A DNA stretch of 64,000 bases, taken from the NCBI GenBank assembly GCA_036170915.1, contig JAVHQC010000036.1, forward strand, positions 32,001-96,000, given 5' to 3'. The number at the start of each line of letters is the position of its first letter. Position 1 is the first letter of the stretch. The translations under genes and the position numbers were made by a program. This document shows positions 18,803 through 29,144 of this stretch, piece after piece. The DNA comes from Cyanobacteria bacterium auto_48_18 (GTDB lineage Bacteria; Cyanobacteriota; Vampirovibrionia; Obscuribacterales; Obscuribacteraceae). The notes beneath the pieces were generated by a model that had not been told where the DNA came from, made no database searches, and saw nothing but the letters and a program-made list of their open reading frames with translations.

Positions 18803-20103
18803 TGTCCACTATTCTATTTGAAGTTGTGATCATTTTTCTTCTGATAATTTTAAACGGCGCTCTCGCCATGTCAGAGATTGCCATTATCTCGGCAAGAAAG
18901 ACTAAACTGCAACATTGGGCTGAGAACGGCGATCTGGGCGCGCGCACCGCACTCAAAATTGCAGCCTCACCAAACGATTTTCTCTCCACTATTCAAATTG
19001 GCATCACCACTATTGGTATTTTTGCTGGTGCCTATGGTGGCGCTAATATAACAGATGAATTAACTCTGCTGTTTAAGCCATACCCAGAGCTGGAGAGGCA
19101 TGCGGCAGGCCTGTCTATTGCTGTTGTTGTAGTTACCACTACATATTTTTCATTGATTTTAGGCGAGTTAGTTCCAAAGCGTCTAGCATTGCACGCACCA
19201 GAATTGGTGGCAAAATATGTGGCAAAACCCATGAGCGTGCTTTCAAGCTTTGCCAGGCCTCTGGTGCATTTACTGAGCGGTTCTACCAACTTAATTTTAA
19301 AGGCAATGGGAATTAAAGAATATAGCGAGACTCCGGTCAGTCAGGCTGAAATTCATGTGATGATTGAACAGGCTGCTGAAGCCGGTATCGTCGAAGAAGC
19401 GGAGCAGGAAATGGTGGCGGAAGTGCTTCGCCTCAGCGACCGCAAAGTTACAGCACTGATGACGCCACGCCCTGATATCACCTGGCTTGACGGTAATCAA
19501 AGTCTTGAAGCAGTATTGAAAGAAGTTGCCGAAGCTACCCATTCAAAATTTTTAGTATGTGACGGTACCGTTGACGAAGTCTTGGGCGTGGTAGAAACTA
19601 AAACCATTCTGCTCACCGCCCTCGACCAAAAACATTTGTTAGTGCGCGATTTGGTGGTGCAGCCGCTTTACGTGCCGCAAAACACTAACGCCTTACAGCT
19701 GCTTGAGCGTTTTCGCGACGCCCAACAGCAGATTGCTCTGGTCTTAGACGAGTACGGTGGTTTGCAAGGTCTGGTGACCAGTGATGATATTTTTCACGCC
19801 ATCGTAGGCGAATTACCTGGCCATGGAGATATTCCTAAATGGAACACAATAGAGCTCTCAGCCGGAGTTTGGTTACTTGATGGTCACATGCCCATAGAAG
19901 AATTTTTGGATCGCTTCGAACTGCAACGAGACCTTGATGATGGTGGCACATACCAGACATTGGCCGGATTCATCATTGCTCGAATGAAAAAAATTCCAGC
20001 AGTAGGTGAGCGTTTTGATTGGCATGAGCTAACGTTTGAAGTGATAGAACTAGATCGTCAGCGCATCGACAAAATTAAGGTGTATAAAGCCGTTAGCAGC
20101 TAA
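18799..20103 (+). CDS. Hemolysin/CNNM family protein (DUF21-CBS-CBS-CorC)
   Basis: LNG..AMSEIA, STIQIGIT, GELVPK, MTPR, DEYGG, TLAGF. Confidence 0.92.
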   Translation: MMSTILFEVVIIFLLIILNGALAMSEIAIISARKTKLQHWAENGDLGARTALKIAASPNDFLSTIQIGITTIGIFAGAYGGANITDELTLLFKPYPELERHAAGLSIAVVVVTTTYFSLILGELVPKRLALHAPELVAKYVAKPMSVLSSFARPLVHLLSGSTNLILKAMGIKEYSETPVSQAEIHVMIEQAAEAGIVEEAEQEMVAEVLRLSDRKVTALMTPRPDITWLDGNQSLEAVLKEVAEATHSKFLVCDGTVDEVLGVVETKTILLTALDQKHLLVRDLVVQPLYVPQNTNALQLLERFRDAQQQIALVLDEYGGLQGLVTSDDIFHAIVGELPGHGDIPKWNTIELSAGVWLLDGHMPIEEFLDRFELQRDLDDGGTYQTLAGFIIARMKKIPAVGERFDWHELTFEVIELDRQRIDKIKVYKAVSS

Positions 20104-20104
20104 T

Positions 20105-20797
20105 TTAGGACTTAACGTTCGCGTAATCACTTAAGAGTAGAAATTTGGTATCTGCATCCTCTTCAATGGTGCGGGGCGGGCAACCGTGAATGAAACAGTT
20201 GTCTACCGCATCATCGTTAAGCGAGCTGACTTCCCCTACCAGCACAGCATTATCTCTGGCGCAACCACAAAATTGATGGCAAAGCATGGGTGGAATGCTG
20301 ACACTTTCGCCTGGTTCGAGAATGAGCTTTTCGCCCACATTTAATTTTCTTGAAATGCCGTCAACTTCAACTATTACCGGCCTGTCAGCCAGGCTCTTCT
20401 CGTCTTTGGCGGCCCAACCCAGTTCAACCTCTAATCTACCGCCACCACGATTGAGCAAATCTTCAGTTTTTTTCCAATGAAAGTGCCATGGCGTCACCTG
20501 GCCTGGTCGCACCATCATTGCTTTTTCCGCATAGGTTTTACTGGTCTGCGGTTTGTCATTTAATAGCAAGCCGTTTCGAATGATAAAGAGCAAGAGCCCA
20601 CGCTCAGCAAACCGATTTGAGCCAAAATCGGTGACGTTCCAACCTAAACCATGGGTGCGTACTTCGTCGGCTTCAGAGCCAACCTGGCGCCACTGGTCGG
20701 AGGTCCAGGTAGACCATTTCGGCAGTTTAAAGCTATGTTTGTCAAAGAAATCGATTGCTTCTTCGATAATTTTATTGATCTCACTTCTTTTCATCAC
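20105..20797 (-). CDS. D-lyxose/D-mannose family sugar isomerase (cupin)
   Basis: MKRSEIN, GW.VTDFG, YAEK, P.HFHWKKTED, GEVSS.NDD..DN. Confidence 0.9.
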   Translation of the reverse strand: MMKRSEINKIIEEAIDFFDKHSFKLPKWSTWTSDQWRQVGSEADEVRTHGLGWNVTDFGSNRFAERGLLLFIIRNGLLLNDKPQTSKTYAEKAMMVRPGQVTPWHFHWKKTEDLLNRGGGRLEVELGWAAKDEKSLADRPVIVEVDGISRKLNVGEKLILEPGESVSIPPMLCHQFCGCARDNAVLVGEVSSLNDDAVDNCFIHGCPPRTIEEDADTKFLLLSDYANVKS

Positions 20798-20846
20798 CTG
20801 ATTATAAGGCTTTGACAGCCTGGTTCTACAACTAGCAATTTAAAAT

Positions 20847-21755
20847 ATGCGATTACGAGCTCTTGAATTTTTCTCCGGTATTGGCGCCTTTGCACAGGCG
20901 GCTGCTGATCACAATATTGAAGTGCTTGCCGCTTACGATCAAAGCCAGTGGGCAAACTTGGCTTATGAGAAAAATTATGGTGTCAAACCGATATCACGCA
21001 ATCTCGATAATATCGCTGTGGCATCACTTCCAGAAGCTGATATCTGGTGGTTGTCACCCCCGTGCACGCCCTACACAAGGCGTGGTCTGCAGCGTGACAT
21101 AGCGGACCAGCGTGCTAAGTCTTTATTGCATTTGATTAGTTGCATGCTTGCAAAAAGACCACCTGTAATCATCGTTGAAAATGTTGAAGCTTTCCTTCAA
21201 TCAAAAATGCGCAGTATTTTAGAAGATGCACTGGTGGAAGCAGGCTATTACTTCAGTGTCATTCATCTAGACTCAAGAATGTTTGGCGTACCAGTGGCCA
21301 GGCCGAGAGTGTTTGTAGTAGCTACCCTCAAGCCTCACGCATTGAGTGCACCTCCCATAGTCGCCACTCAATCTCTAAGTGACATCATTTCAACAAGCAA
21401 GGACAGTGCATACGATCTATTTCTTGATCAAAATGTAGTAAGCAGATATGAAAAGGTTTTGAATGTTGTAGCTGCCGAAGCTTTGAATGATTCCGGCACC
21501 ACCTTGATCTGTTTCACCAGTGGATACTATCAATGTCGCAAAGCCAGCGGCTCCCTGCTTCGCTTATCGAATGGGCTCACGAGATACTTCTCTCCTGCTG
21601 AGATTTTGGCCTTGTTGGGCTTCGACTCAAGTTATAGTTTGCCCGATCATTTTAGCTTGCCTATCTGCTATCGTCTTGTAGGCAACAGCGTTGATGTACG
21701 AGCAATCAGCTATTTGCTCGATAATTTAGTGGGGGCAGATGAGACGCGAGCCTGA
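20847..21755 (+). CDS. C5-cytosine methyltransferase of Dnmt2/TRDMT1 type
   Basis: LEFFSGIG, SPPC.PYTR, ENV, R.R, CFTSGY (Dnmt2 CFT motif), RYFSPAEILALLGF, YRLVGNSV. Confidence 0.85.
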   Translation: MRLRALEFFSGIGAFAQAAADHNIEVLAAYDQSQWANLAYEKNYGVKPISRNLDNIAVASLPEADIWWLSPPCTPYTRRGLQRDIADQRAKSLLHLISCMLAKRPPVIIVENVEAFLQSKMRSILEDALVEAGYYFSVIHLDSRMFGVPVARPRVFVVATLKPHALSAPPIVATQSLSDIISTSKDSAYDLFLDQNVVSRYEKVLNVVAAEALNDSGTTLICFTSGYYQCRKASGSLLRLSNGLTRYFSPAEILALLGFDSSYSLPDHFSLPICYRLVGNSVDVRAISYLLDNLVGADETRA

Positions 21756-22386
21756 TAGAAAACGCAATAGTTTTGAGCCGCGGCGCCCGAGACAATTTTT
21801 CCCTCATGTCGACCGTTCGTATATTGCATTCTACAAACCCTATGAAGTGCTTAATCAATTCACTGCTGATGGTAGCGATAAGCAGACTCTAGCACCATTT
21901 GGTTTTCCAAAAGACTGTTATCCGGTGGGTCGGCTCGATTATGATTCAGAAGGGCTTTTGATTTTAAGCAATGACGGGCGGCTCACCACTGCTCTGTTCG
22001 ACCAGTCTGACCCGCACCCGCGGACGTATCTAGTGCAAATCGAAAAAGAACCAACAAATGAGAGTTTAAAGCAGCTGGAAGATGGTCTCATGATCGAAGG
22101 CCGTCGCACTAAACCAGCAGAAGTTTATTTAATCGAAGGTGAGCCGGAATTACCTGAGCGATCGAAGCCGATTCGCTTTAGAAAGACCGTGCCGACATGT
22201 TGGCTCGAACTAACTCTTTGGGAAGGTCGCAATCGGCAGGTGAGAAAAATGACTGCCAGCATAGGTCACCCAACCTTGCGATTAGCTCGTGTAGCCATTG
22301 GTTCACTCAGCCTTTTCGAGCTTGGACTGAAGCCAGGTGAGTGGCGCGCTTTAACCGAAGCTGAGGTTTTGAAACTCTTTGCTTAA
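21739..22386 (+). CDS. RsuA/RluE-family pseudouridine synthase
   Basis: GRLDYDSEGLL, EGRNRQVRKMTA.IGHPTLRL.R; no S4 domain. Confidence 0.92.
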   Translation: MRREPDRKRNSFEPRRPRQFFPHVDRSYIAFYKPYEVLNQFTADGSDKQTLAPFGFPKDCYPVGRLDYDSEGLLILSNDGRLTTALFDQSDPHPRTYLVQIEKEPTNESLKQLEDGLMIEGRRTKPAEVYLIEGEPELPERSKPIRFRKTVPTCWLELTLWEGRNRQVRKMTASIGHPTLRLARVAIGSLSLFELGLKPGEWRALTEAEVLKLFA

Positions 22387-22422
22387 GGTATAAAGAAAGT
22401 CTAGATTGAGCCGCACGAGCGC

Positions 22423-24984
22423 TTGCTTATGTCAAATCGAGACAACGACTTTCACAAAAAGCGTGAGCAAGGCGAGCATAATTCGTCTCAAGAAAGCTTG
22501 ACTCTCAATATCAAAAATAGTTTTGAGAAAGCAGCGCACCAGGTTAGCGATGTACTAGGTCAGGCACAAAACGAAATCATTTTGCGGGTAACGGGCGCGC
22601 CTGTAGCAACACAATATGTAGCCAGCATTTCACCGGCTCTTGCCTCGCAGTACGCGCGCGGTCGTGAGATAGTCTTGGCCAGAGAAAGCAATGGAAAATC
22701 CACTGTTGATTTAACAGATCTCAATGCCACGCAGCGTAAGGCGGTTGAAACATACCAGAGGCTGCATAGCGATTTGCCGTCAAAAATACCTTTTTACAAC
22801 AAAGAAATTTTAGCCCGCGATCTTGATCGCGACATTGTACGCAAAGCCTCATCGCAAAACGTCTCAGTTAAAACTGACACGGCGGCACCACCAGGCGCTA
22901 GCGAAAAAGTAAGCAGTACACATGCCGCTGTAGCAAAGGCTAAATTTGTACCTGAATCAGCTACCGAGAAAAGTCATAGCCAGCTGGCTAGCCATTCAAA
23001 TAACGGCCAACACGCACAAGCGACCAAAAACGATAAACATTTGGACAGTGTGCGACCAGCTTCGCCAGTACCAACTATTCAAAGCGAAACCAGAATTGCC
23101 AGTAAAGCTGCTAGTAAAACTAATAGTGGTATTGAAAGAAATGACAATGCTAGCCGCAGCACTGAACCAGTGAAATCTTCGGCTAAAGCTGCAGACACGA
23201 TCCCAGCAATAAATGTGCCCAAGGAAAATCTAGTCAAGGCCAGAGACTTGAGTGCGCCTGGCAATGCTTTGATATCGGCTTTAGAGTCAAAACCAGTGGA
23301 AAGACTGGCTAAAAACAGTAGCATTAACAGTTTTAGTTTGAGTTCTAGTTTGGTACAGACAAGTGAAAGTCCAGCTGTTGAACAAAGACGCCCGGAGCAA
23401 ATTGCCGGCAAAACAATTTCTATTAACACAAACAACGAGCAGCCCTATGAGCAGCCTGCTAAAAGTGCGAAGGGCATTGAGCTCACTAAACAGGAAAAAT
23501 TGAGGGCAATGGAAGCACCATATAAGGTGCTCAATATTGACAGCGAAAAATTGGCTAATATCACTGCGAAGATTGCAGATCCATCGCCAAGGGAGGCAAA
23601 AGATCCAAAAGTTCCAAATGAACCAACAGATCCAAAAGAAGTTAAAGATATAACCAGCCCAAATAAGCCGCAATTTGCTACCGCTGATAAAAACGATGCG
23701 CTGCCACCAATTGATTGTGCCGACCGCGGCTTCTCAGCCCCTGAGGTGGGCAAGCGAGATTTGAATTTGCGTCCAATATTGGCCAGCCAATCAAAAATCA
23801 TTGATGCTATCGAGCTAGAATCTGTGAAAGTGCGCCGCACTATCGATCAGGATTTAAGAGCGACTACTGCATGTATCAAAGTAAGATTGCAACCGGAGCT
23901 AGCCAGTTTCCTGCGCACTCAAAGCCTGCAAAGCCGAGATTCAGTAGTTGAGGCGGTAGAAAAAGAGAAAGCGACAAAGACAATAGAAAATGTAAAGGCA
24001 ATAATTGAGCAGAAAGAATTTAGAAGGTCATTAACTGATAAGAGCGGAGATTTCTCAAAGTCGGCGACGACAAGCAATCCCCGCGCATCTACTAAAGCTG
24101 AGAGCGCGCACAAATCAAGTGCAGAGAGTAAATCAAAAGCAGATAAAAACGCTGGCAAAACTTACGTTGCGGTGGTTCGGTTTGACCATAACCACGGCTT
24201 CAAAGCCATCGACAGACAACACCACAAAGCGGATGGACTGCCGCTGAAACCCGGCTCGGCTGCCAATCAACTTATTGGTGACAACACAATAAAAGCAGCA
24301 GGCGAGACAAAAGTTTCAAGCCGAGAATATAAATTTACCTGCAGCGATAAAAATCAAAAATATCTTAGTGGGCCAGAAATCGCCCTGGCCGCCATTATTG
24401 CACTAGCTGGTACAGCCAAGCTGCGCCCTGAAGCCAGCGCTTTGCAAAATGAATCAGTGGCCGTAATTCAGAATTACAATCTCGATTTTATAGGCGACGA
24501 GCCAAACTTGTCAGACTGCAAAATCAAGACTCAGGGAAAACATGGTGCATCAACTGATGCGACAGAGCCGAATAAGGGCACTAAATCTGAGAAAACCGCG
24601 GTGCTTATGCGGCCGAAAGTTTTAATTGGTGCAGACGATACACTGGTTGATATTGCCGAACAACTATTCAATGATGCTGGTATCGGCTGGCTTATTCTCA
24701 ACATCAACGACGACCTCGAATCTTTGGTTCTTGAAGGAAAAACCATAGTTAGATTGCGCAGCCGGCAAGAAATTTTCATTCCGGTCTATCAAGACATTAT
24801 TGATTTTCAGAAAGTACGCACAAAAGAGATGACTGGTCAGAATTTGATTACCATTGTGGAAGAAAATCAGATCGATCGCGAAATTTTAAACATAATCATG
24901 GCACCGCTGGCAGGTGCGAGCGAAAATAGTGATCCGCTGCAGAATTGGCAAATTGCATTGCCACAGAGTCGCGAACGCGAATAA
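22423..24984 (+). CDS. Large low-complexity hypothetical protein with C-terminal LysM-like motif
   Basis: S/K/E-rich middle; DDTLVDIAEQLFND...GWLI..IN.....L..RQEIFIP. Confidence 0.6.
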   Translation: MLMSNRDNDFHKKREQGEHNSSQESLTLNIKNSFEKAAHQVSDVLGQAQNEIILRVTGAPVATQYVASISPALASQYARGREIVLARESNGKSTVDLTDLNATQRKAVETYQRLHSDLPSKIPFYNKEILARDLDRDIVRKASSQNVSVKTDTAAPPGASEKVSSTHAAVAKAKFVPESATEKSHSQLASHSNNGQHAQATKNDKHLDSVRPASPVPTIQSETRIASKAASKTNSGIERNDNASRSTEPVKSSAKAADTIPAINVPKENLVKARDLSAPGNALISALESKPVERLAKNSSINSFSLSSSLVQTSESPAVEQRRPEQIAGKTISINTNNEQPYEQPAKSAKGIELTKQEKLRAMEAPYKVLNIDSEKLANITAKIADPSPREAKDPKVPNEPTDPKEVKDITSPNKPQFATADKNDALPPIDCADRGFSAPEVGKRDLNLRPILASQSKIIDAIELESVKVRRTIDQDLRATTACIKVRLQPELASFLRTQSLQSRDSVVEAVEKEKATKTIENVKAIIEQKEFRRSLTDKSGDFSKSATTSNPRASTKAESAHKSSAESKSKADKNAGKTYVAVVRFDHNHGFKAIDRQHHKADGLPLKPGSAANQLIGDNTIKAAGETKVSSREYKFTCSDKNQKYLSGPEIALAAIIALAGTAKLRPEASALQNESVAVIQNYNLDFIGDEPNLSDCKIKTQGKHGASTDATEPNKGTKSEKTAVLMRPKVLIGADDTLVDIAEQLFNDAGIGWLILNINDDLESLVLEGKTIVRLRSRQEIFIPVYQDIIDFQKVRTKEMTGQNLITIVEENQIDREILNIIMAPLAGASENSDPLQNWQIALPQSRERE

Positions 24985-25122
24985 GATTAAACATGCCTGA
25001 GACTTCGCAGAGCTGGAACATTGACGTTCTGGCTGCTTTCGAGGTAAAACGTCTACGCTCTAGTTTCGCAAAGTGGAACCGGATGCATTCATAATTGGCG
25101 CGCGCAACAGGGAGCTCAGTCC

Positions 25123-26148
25123 ATGGAATTTAGACAGTTGGGCAATTCAGGGTTGAAAGTACCTGTATTAAGTTTTGGCACCGGAACATTCGGTGGCAAT
25201 AATGAGTTTTTCAAATCGTGGGGAGGATCGGATGTCAAAGAGGCAACAAGGCTTGTTGACCTTTGCCTCGATGCTGGAGTTAACTTTTTCGATACCGCAG
25301 ACATTTATTCAAATGGATTGGCTGAAGAAATTCTAGGCAAGGCCGTTGGCAAACGTCGCGACAAAGTTCTAATTTCTACCAAAGCAACATTCAGATTTGA
25401 CGAAGGTGAGAACAGCGTAGGCTCTTCCAGGCATCACTTGATTGCTTCTTGTGATGCCAGCTTGAAGCGCATGAACACAGACTACATCGATATTTACTTT
25501 ATGCATGGTTTTGATGCGTTAACGCCCATTGAAGAGACCATGAGTACTCTTGATGGGCTGGTTAAAAGCGGTAAGGTTCGCTATGTGGGCTGTTCGAATT
25601 TTTCAGGCTGGCACTTGATGAAGTCGCTAGCCATCTGCGAAAAATATGGTTGGGCTAAGCATATTTCGCATCAGGCCTACTACTCGCTAATCAGTCGTGA
25701 GTTTGAATGGGAACTTATGCCTTTAGGACTTGATCAAAAAATTGGCACTATGGTCTGGAGCCCACTTGGTTGGGGTCGGTTGACCGGAAAACTGAGACGG
25801 GGCGCTCCCCTGCCTGAAACCAGTCGTTTGCATAAAACGTCTGAGCAAGGACCACCTGTAGATGATGAACATCTGTATAGAGTTGTGGACGCACTAGATG
25901 TGGTGGCGGCAGAAACAGGAAAGTCTGTTGCTCAAATTGCTCTTAACTGGCTGTTGCAAAGGCCCACCGTAGACAACGTAGTTGTTGGCGCACGCAACGA
26001 AGAGCAACTGAAGCAGAATCTGGCTGCAGTGGGCTGGAATTTGACTGACAGCCAAATAGCAAAGCTCGATGCCGCCAGCGATATACAAACTATCTATCCT
26101 TACTGGCACCAGAGGCAGTTTCAGGAGAGAAATCCACTACCTGTTTGA
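25123..26148 (+). CDS. Aldo/keto reductase
   Basis: LG.SGLKV, FFDTADIYS.G..EE, TDYID, GKVRYVGCSN, WSPL..G.LTGK. Confidence 0.95.
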   Translation: MEFRQLGNSGLKVPVLSFGTGTFGGNNEFFKSWGGSDVKEATRLVDLCLDAGVNFFDTADIYSNGLAEEILGKAVGKRRDKVLISTKATFRFDEGENSVGSSRHHLIASCDASLKRMNTDYIDIYFMHGFDALTPIEETMSTLDGLVKSGKVRYVGCSNFSGWHLMKSLAICEKYGWAKHISHQAYYSLISREFEWELMPLGLDQKIGTMVWSPLGWGRLTGKLRRGAPLPETSRLHKTSEQGPPVDDEHLYRVVDALDVVAAETGKSVAQIALNWLLQRPTVDNVVVGARNEEQLKQNLAAVGWNLTDSQIAKLDAASDIQTIYPYWHQRQFQERNPLPV

Positions 26149-26161
26149 AAGGACAGATTGG

Positions 26162-26944
26162 TCATTCGTAACCAAACTCGCTGAATAACCAGTCTTTCTG
26201 TTCTTTGTTCTGGCTTTCCAGATCTTCGCGAGTTAAAAGTCCGCGCATAAAGGCTTCATAAATAAGCCTTGTGCGTGGATTATAAATTTCCAGCCCGGCA
26301 CTCTCTTTTAGATAGCTTTCTTCCCCTTTGAGCAATTTGTTCAACAAGTTTGAAAGGCGATTCTGAGCGCCGCGATATGAAATGTGCTCTTTTCTGGCGA
26401 TGGCCTTATCTGTTAGGCCAATAGCAATATCCATTAACGTCTCGTATTCAAGATCGCTTATAGCACTGGTTTTGTCGCGTAAACGGTGGCGAACCTCTTC
26501 GACTAGAGATGTGACGTACGGCAGATCATGAATGAGAATTTGCTCAATGGCGTCAGCTAACACAGAATCGTTTTCACTTTTTAGAATGTAGCCATGAATC
26601 GCTTCATCAGGCACTATCTTGCCGAGCTCGCGTATGTAGGCTTCATGGTGAAACTGTGACCAGAACAAAATCTTCAGCGATGGCTGCTCTTTCCAAATTT
26701 CGGCTGCAGCCTTGATGCCGTTAAGTTCTGGCATAGCAACATCCATGAGGACAAAGTCAGGTTTCATCAGCCTGGCTTGACGCACGGCCTCCAGCCCGTC
26801 GGACGCTTCTTCAATACCTGTAACAGAGAGACTATGTTTATCGGCAACCAGGGTGATCAAGGTTTTCCCATGCTGGCGCAAAGTAGGTAAGTCTTCTGCA
26901 ATGAGTATTGTGAGCGCTTTCTTTTTTGATAACTCAGACTGCAT
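26162..26944 (-). CDS. NarL/LuxR-type response regulator
   Basis: REC (IAED, PDFVLMDVAMP.LNG, GYILK) plus HTH (GLTDKAIA). Confidence 0.88.
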   Translation of the reverse strand: MQSELSKKKALTILIAEDLPTLRQHGKTLITLVADKHSLSVTGIEEASDGLEAVRQARLMKPDFVLMDVAMPELNGIKAAAEIWKEQPSLKILFWSQFHHEAYIRELGKIVPDEAIHGYILKSENDSVLADAIEQILIHDLPYVTSLVEEVRHRLRDKTSAISDLEYETLMDIAIGLTDKAIARKEHISYRGAQNRLSNLLNKLLKGEESYLKESAGLEIYNPRTRLIYEAFMRGLLTREDLESQNKEQKDWLFSEFGYE

Positions 26945-28028
26945 GTTGATCCTTTTTGATTGCAGGTAAATCGATGGTGACAGTCGTACCGTTCGGTGAA
27001 TTGTTTTTCCAGCTGATTAACGCTCCGACAAGATCAGCGCGCAATCGCATATAGCGCAGCCCCCGGGAATCACCCCGTTCCTTTACCTGAAAACCAATGC
27101 CATCATCTGTGATGCTCAAGCGAATGCGATCATCAATCGATTCAAGAGATATTCTTACCGTTTTCGCTTGTGAATGCTTTATTACATTATTGAGGGCTTC
27201 CTGGGTCAGGCGAAACAGCAATAGCTGCTCTGTTTTGTTAAGCGATTCAAGCATTGTTTCGTCAATGCCCTTGATAAATCGCCCCTGTAAACCGGCTTTG
27301 TGCACCATGTCGCGAGTTAACTGGTCTAAGGCTGCGCAGAGTCCTAAATTCTCCAGTACCGACGGAAATAGACTTTCCATCACCTCTCGAATGTGAGAGA
27401 CAGTGGTATCAAGAGATTTCTCCACCACCTGCAGATGTAGATTTCCATCGTTGGGCAGGCACTGGGACAATTGTGACTTAATCGTCTTAATTTCATTGAG
27501 TACCTGATCATGCAAGTCAGATGCCAGGATGCGCCGATCAGCCTCATCCTGTTTAAGCAATGCCAGACGGGTTTGATTTAGTTCGTCATTTTTAATAGCC
27601 AGCTCAAAGTAACGGCTTGTTTGCTTTTCTTCTGCATTCTTAAACGAACGTGCCAAAAGACCAAGTGCAAAGCTCAATGCAGTGGCGATAATTGCGCTAA
27701 GTAAACTGAAGCGCCCCGTCCATTGCCAGGTTAGCCATGCCAGGAAAGTGGCTATGGCGTAGACTTGAACAAATACAATGGGCAAGTAATTTGAGCGCAC
27801 TCGCAAAGCTGCCTCGCTAGCAAGAAAAGCCGTAAGCACCACTGCTGGTATCACTCGCCAAGCGTCAAGTTTGCCTGCGACTTGCGGTCTAAGGCCAATG
27901 GTTTCAAACATCTTTTGGTCGAAGGAAACAAACTGAGAGGCGGCAAGAACGGCTACGATCGCTGCGAGTGCCGGAAATATCAGGCGCAATAGATCTGTTA
28001 GGCTGCGAGTGGATAGAGCACTAAGCAA
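26934..28028 (-). CDS. Membrane sensor histidine kinase (HisKA_3/NarX type)
   Basis: ASDLHD H-box, QEALNNVIKHS, DDGIGF; four TM segments. Confidence 0.9.
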   Translation of the reverse strand: MLSALSTRSLTDLLRLIFPALAAIVAVLAASQFVSFDQKMFETIGLRPQVAGKLDAWRVIPAVVLTAFLASEAALRVRSNYLPIVFVQVYAIATFLAWLTWQWTGRFSLLSAIIATALSFALGLLARSFKNAEEKQTSRYFELAIKNDELNQTRLALLKQDEADRRILASDLHDQVLNEIKTIKSQLSQCLPNDGNLHLQVVEKSLDTTVSHIREVMESLFPSVLENLGLCAALDQLTRDMVHKAGLQGRFIKGIDETMLESLNKTEQLLLFRLTQEALNNVIKHSQAKTVRISLESIDDRIRLSITDDGIGFQVKERGDSRGLRYMRLRADLVGALISWKNNSPNGTTVTIDLPAIKKDQHAV

Positions 28029-28031
28029 AAT

Positions 28032-28952
28032 TTATTTCCGTAAAGCGCTGGGTTTCTTCTCTATTTTTTGATTCCCTGTACTCGGTTTATTCAATTCTTT
28101 TTGAAACTCAGATTTGGGTTTCATTTTCTCCAGATAATGCTTGGCCAGCCAATACTCCACAGAGTTAACTACGCCGTGGTTGCTGACAAACGAGAGCTTG
28201 TTTTGAGCTGTGGACAAATCTCCTTTTCCATAGGCATCAAGACCAAGAAATGCCTGACATTGCGCAAGATCGTAGGTGCTGTCTTCGGCTACTGATAAAA
28301 GTTTTTCCTGATCAATTTTGCCTTGCCAGTATTTCAAAAGTGGATATGGCCACAGTAGGCGGTCGAGCTTTTTTATGCCTTGAGCGCTTAATGCTTCCAA
28401 CTGTTTGTCATCGTGTGACATGCGAAATGCCAGGCAAGACAACACGGTGGCATGGGTGGCAAAGTCTGATTTCCACCCGGTGCGCTCAAGCCAACTTAAA
28501 GTATTTTTTGCTAACTGTCCTGGATTGTCACTGATTAGATAGGCACCGGCTCGATTGACTATGGCGTATTTATCCTTAGGGTCGATGGCTAGGGCCGCGT
28601 CAAAGTCTTTTATAGCCAGTTGTGGTCGATTGCTGCGAAAATAAACCACACCTCTGATGGTATAGGCCAGGCCATTTTTGGAATCAATGGAGATTGCCTT
28701 GGTCAGGTCGTTCAAGGCCGCCTGATAATTTTTCAATTCACTATATGCGGTGCCTCGGTCAACCAAAGCCGTGGCAGAATTTGCGTGCTTCAAGGCGGCG
28801 CTAAACTCGGTAATGGCTAGTTTGTACTGCTCCCGCTGCAAGAAATCTTTGCCTACTTCGTAATGTCTGTCGAATTCAGCAGAAGCACTGGCTCCTGGCA
28901 ACAATGTAGTCAGGCATACGCCTAGGCCGATGGCCAATTTTCGAACGTTCAT
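28032..28952 (-). CDS. Exported TPR protein (NlpI-like)
   Basis: Signal peptide; TPRs (ALVDRGTAY, AYTIRGVVY); C-terminal EY..A. Confidence 0.8.
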   Translation of the reverse strand: MNVRKLAIGLGVCLTTLLPGASASAEFDRHYEVGKDFLQREQYKLAITEFSAALKHANSATALVDRGTAYSELKNYQAALNDLTKAISIDSKNGLAYTIRGVVYFRSNRPQLAIKDFDAALAIDPKDKYAIVNRAGAYLISDNPGQLAKNTLSWLERTGWKSDFATHATVLSCLAFRMSHDDKQLEALSAQGIKKLDRLLWPYPLLKYWQGKIDQEKLLSVAEDSTYDLAQCQAFLGLDAYGKGDLSTAQNKLSFVSNHGVVNSVEYWLAKHYLEKMKPKSEFQKELNKPSTGNQKIEKKPSALRK

Positions 28953-29144
28953 AAATCCATTCCTGATGATCCCTGGGCAATTTTAGATCTCCAGCCGCCT
29001 CTAAGGCACCTTTATGAACCATATTTCTATAGAGCTATTGTTACTGGTACTTTACAAGCAGCTAAGAGATTTAAGAGCTGTGCTTCATTACCGCCGGGCT
29101 GGGTATGAAATTTATGGCGTTTAATTTTCCTTTGAGGTTGGACA

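Noticed and set aside
20847..21755. Restriction-modification system
   Set aside because: No neighbouring endonuclease or Vsr; motifs are Dnmt2-like
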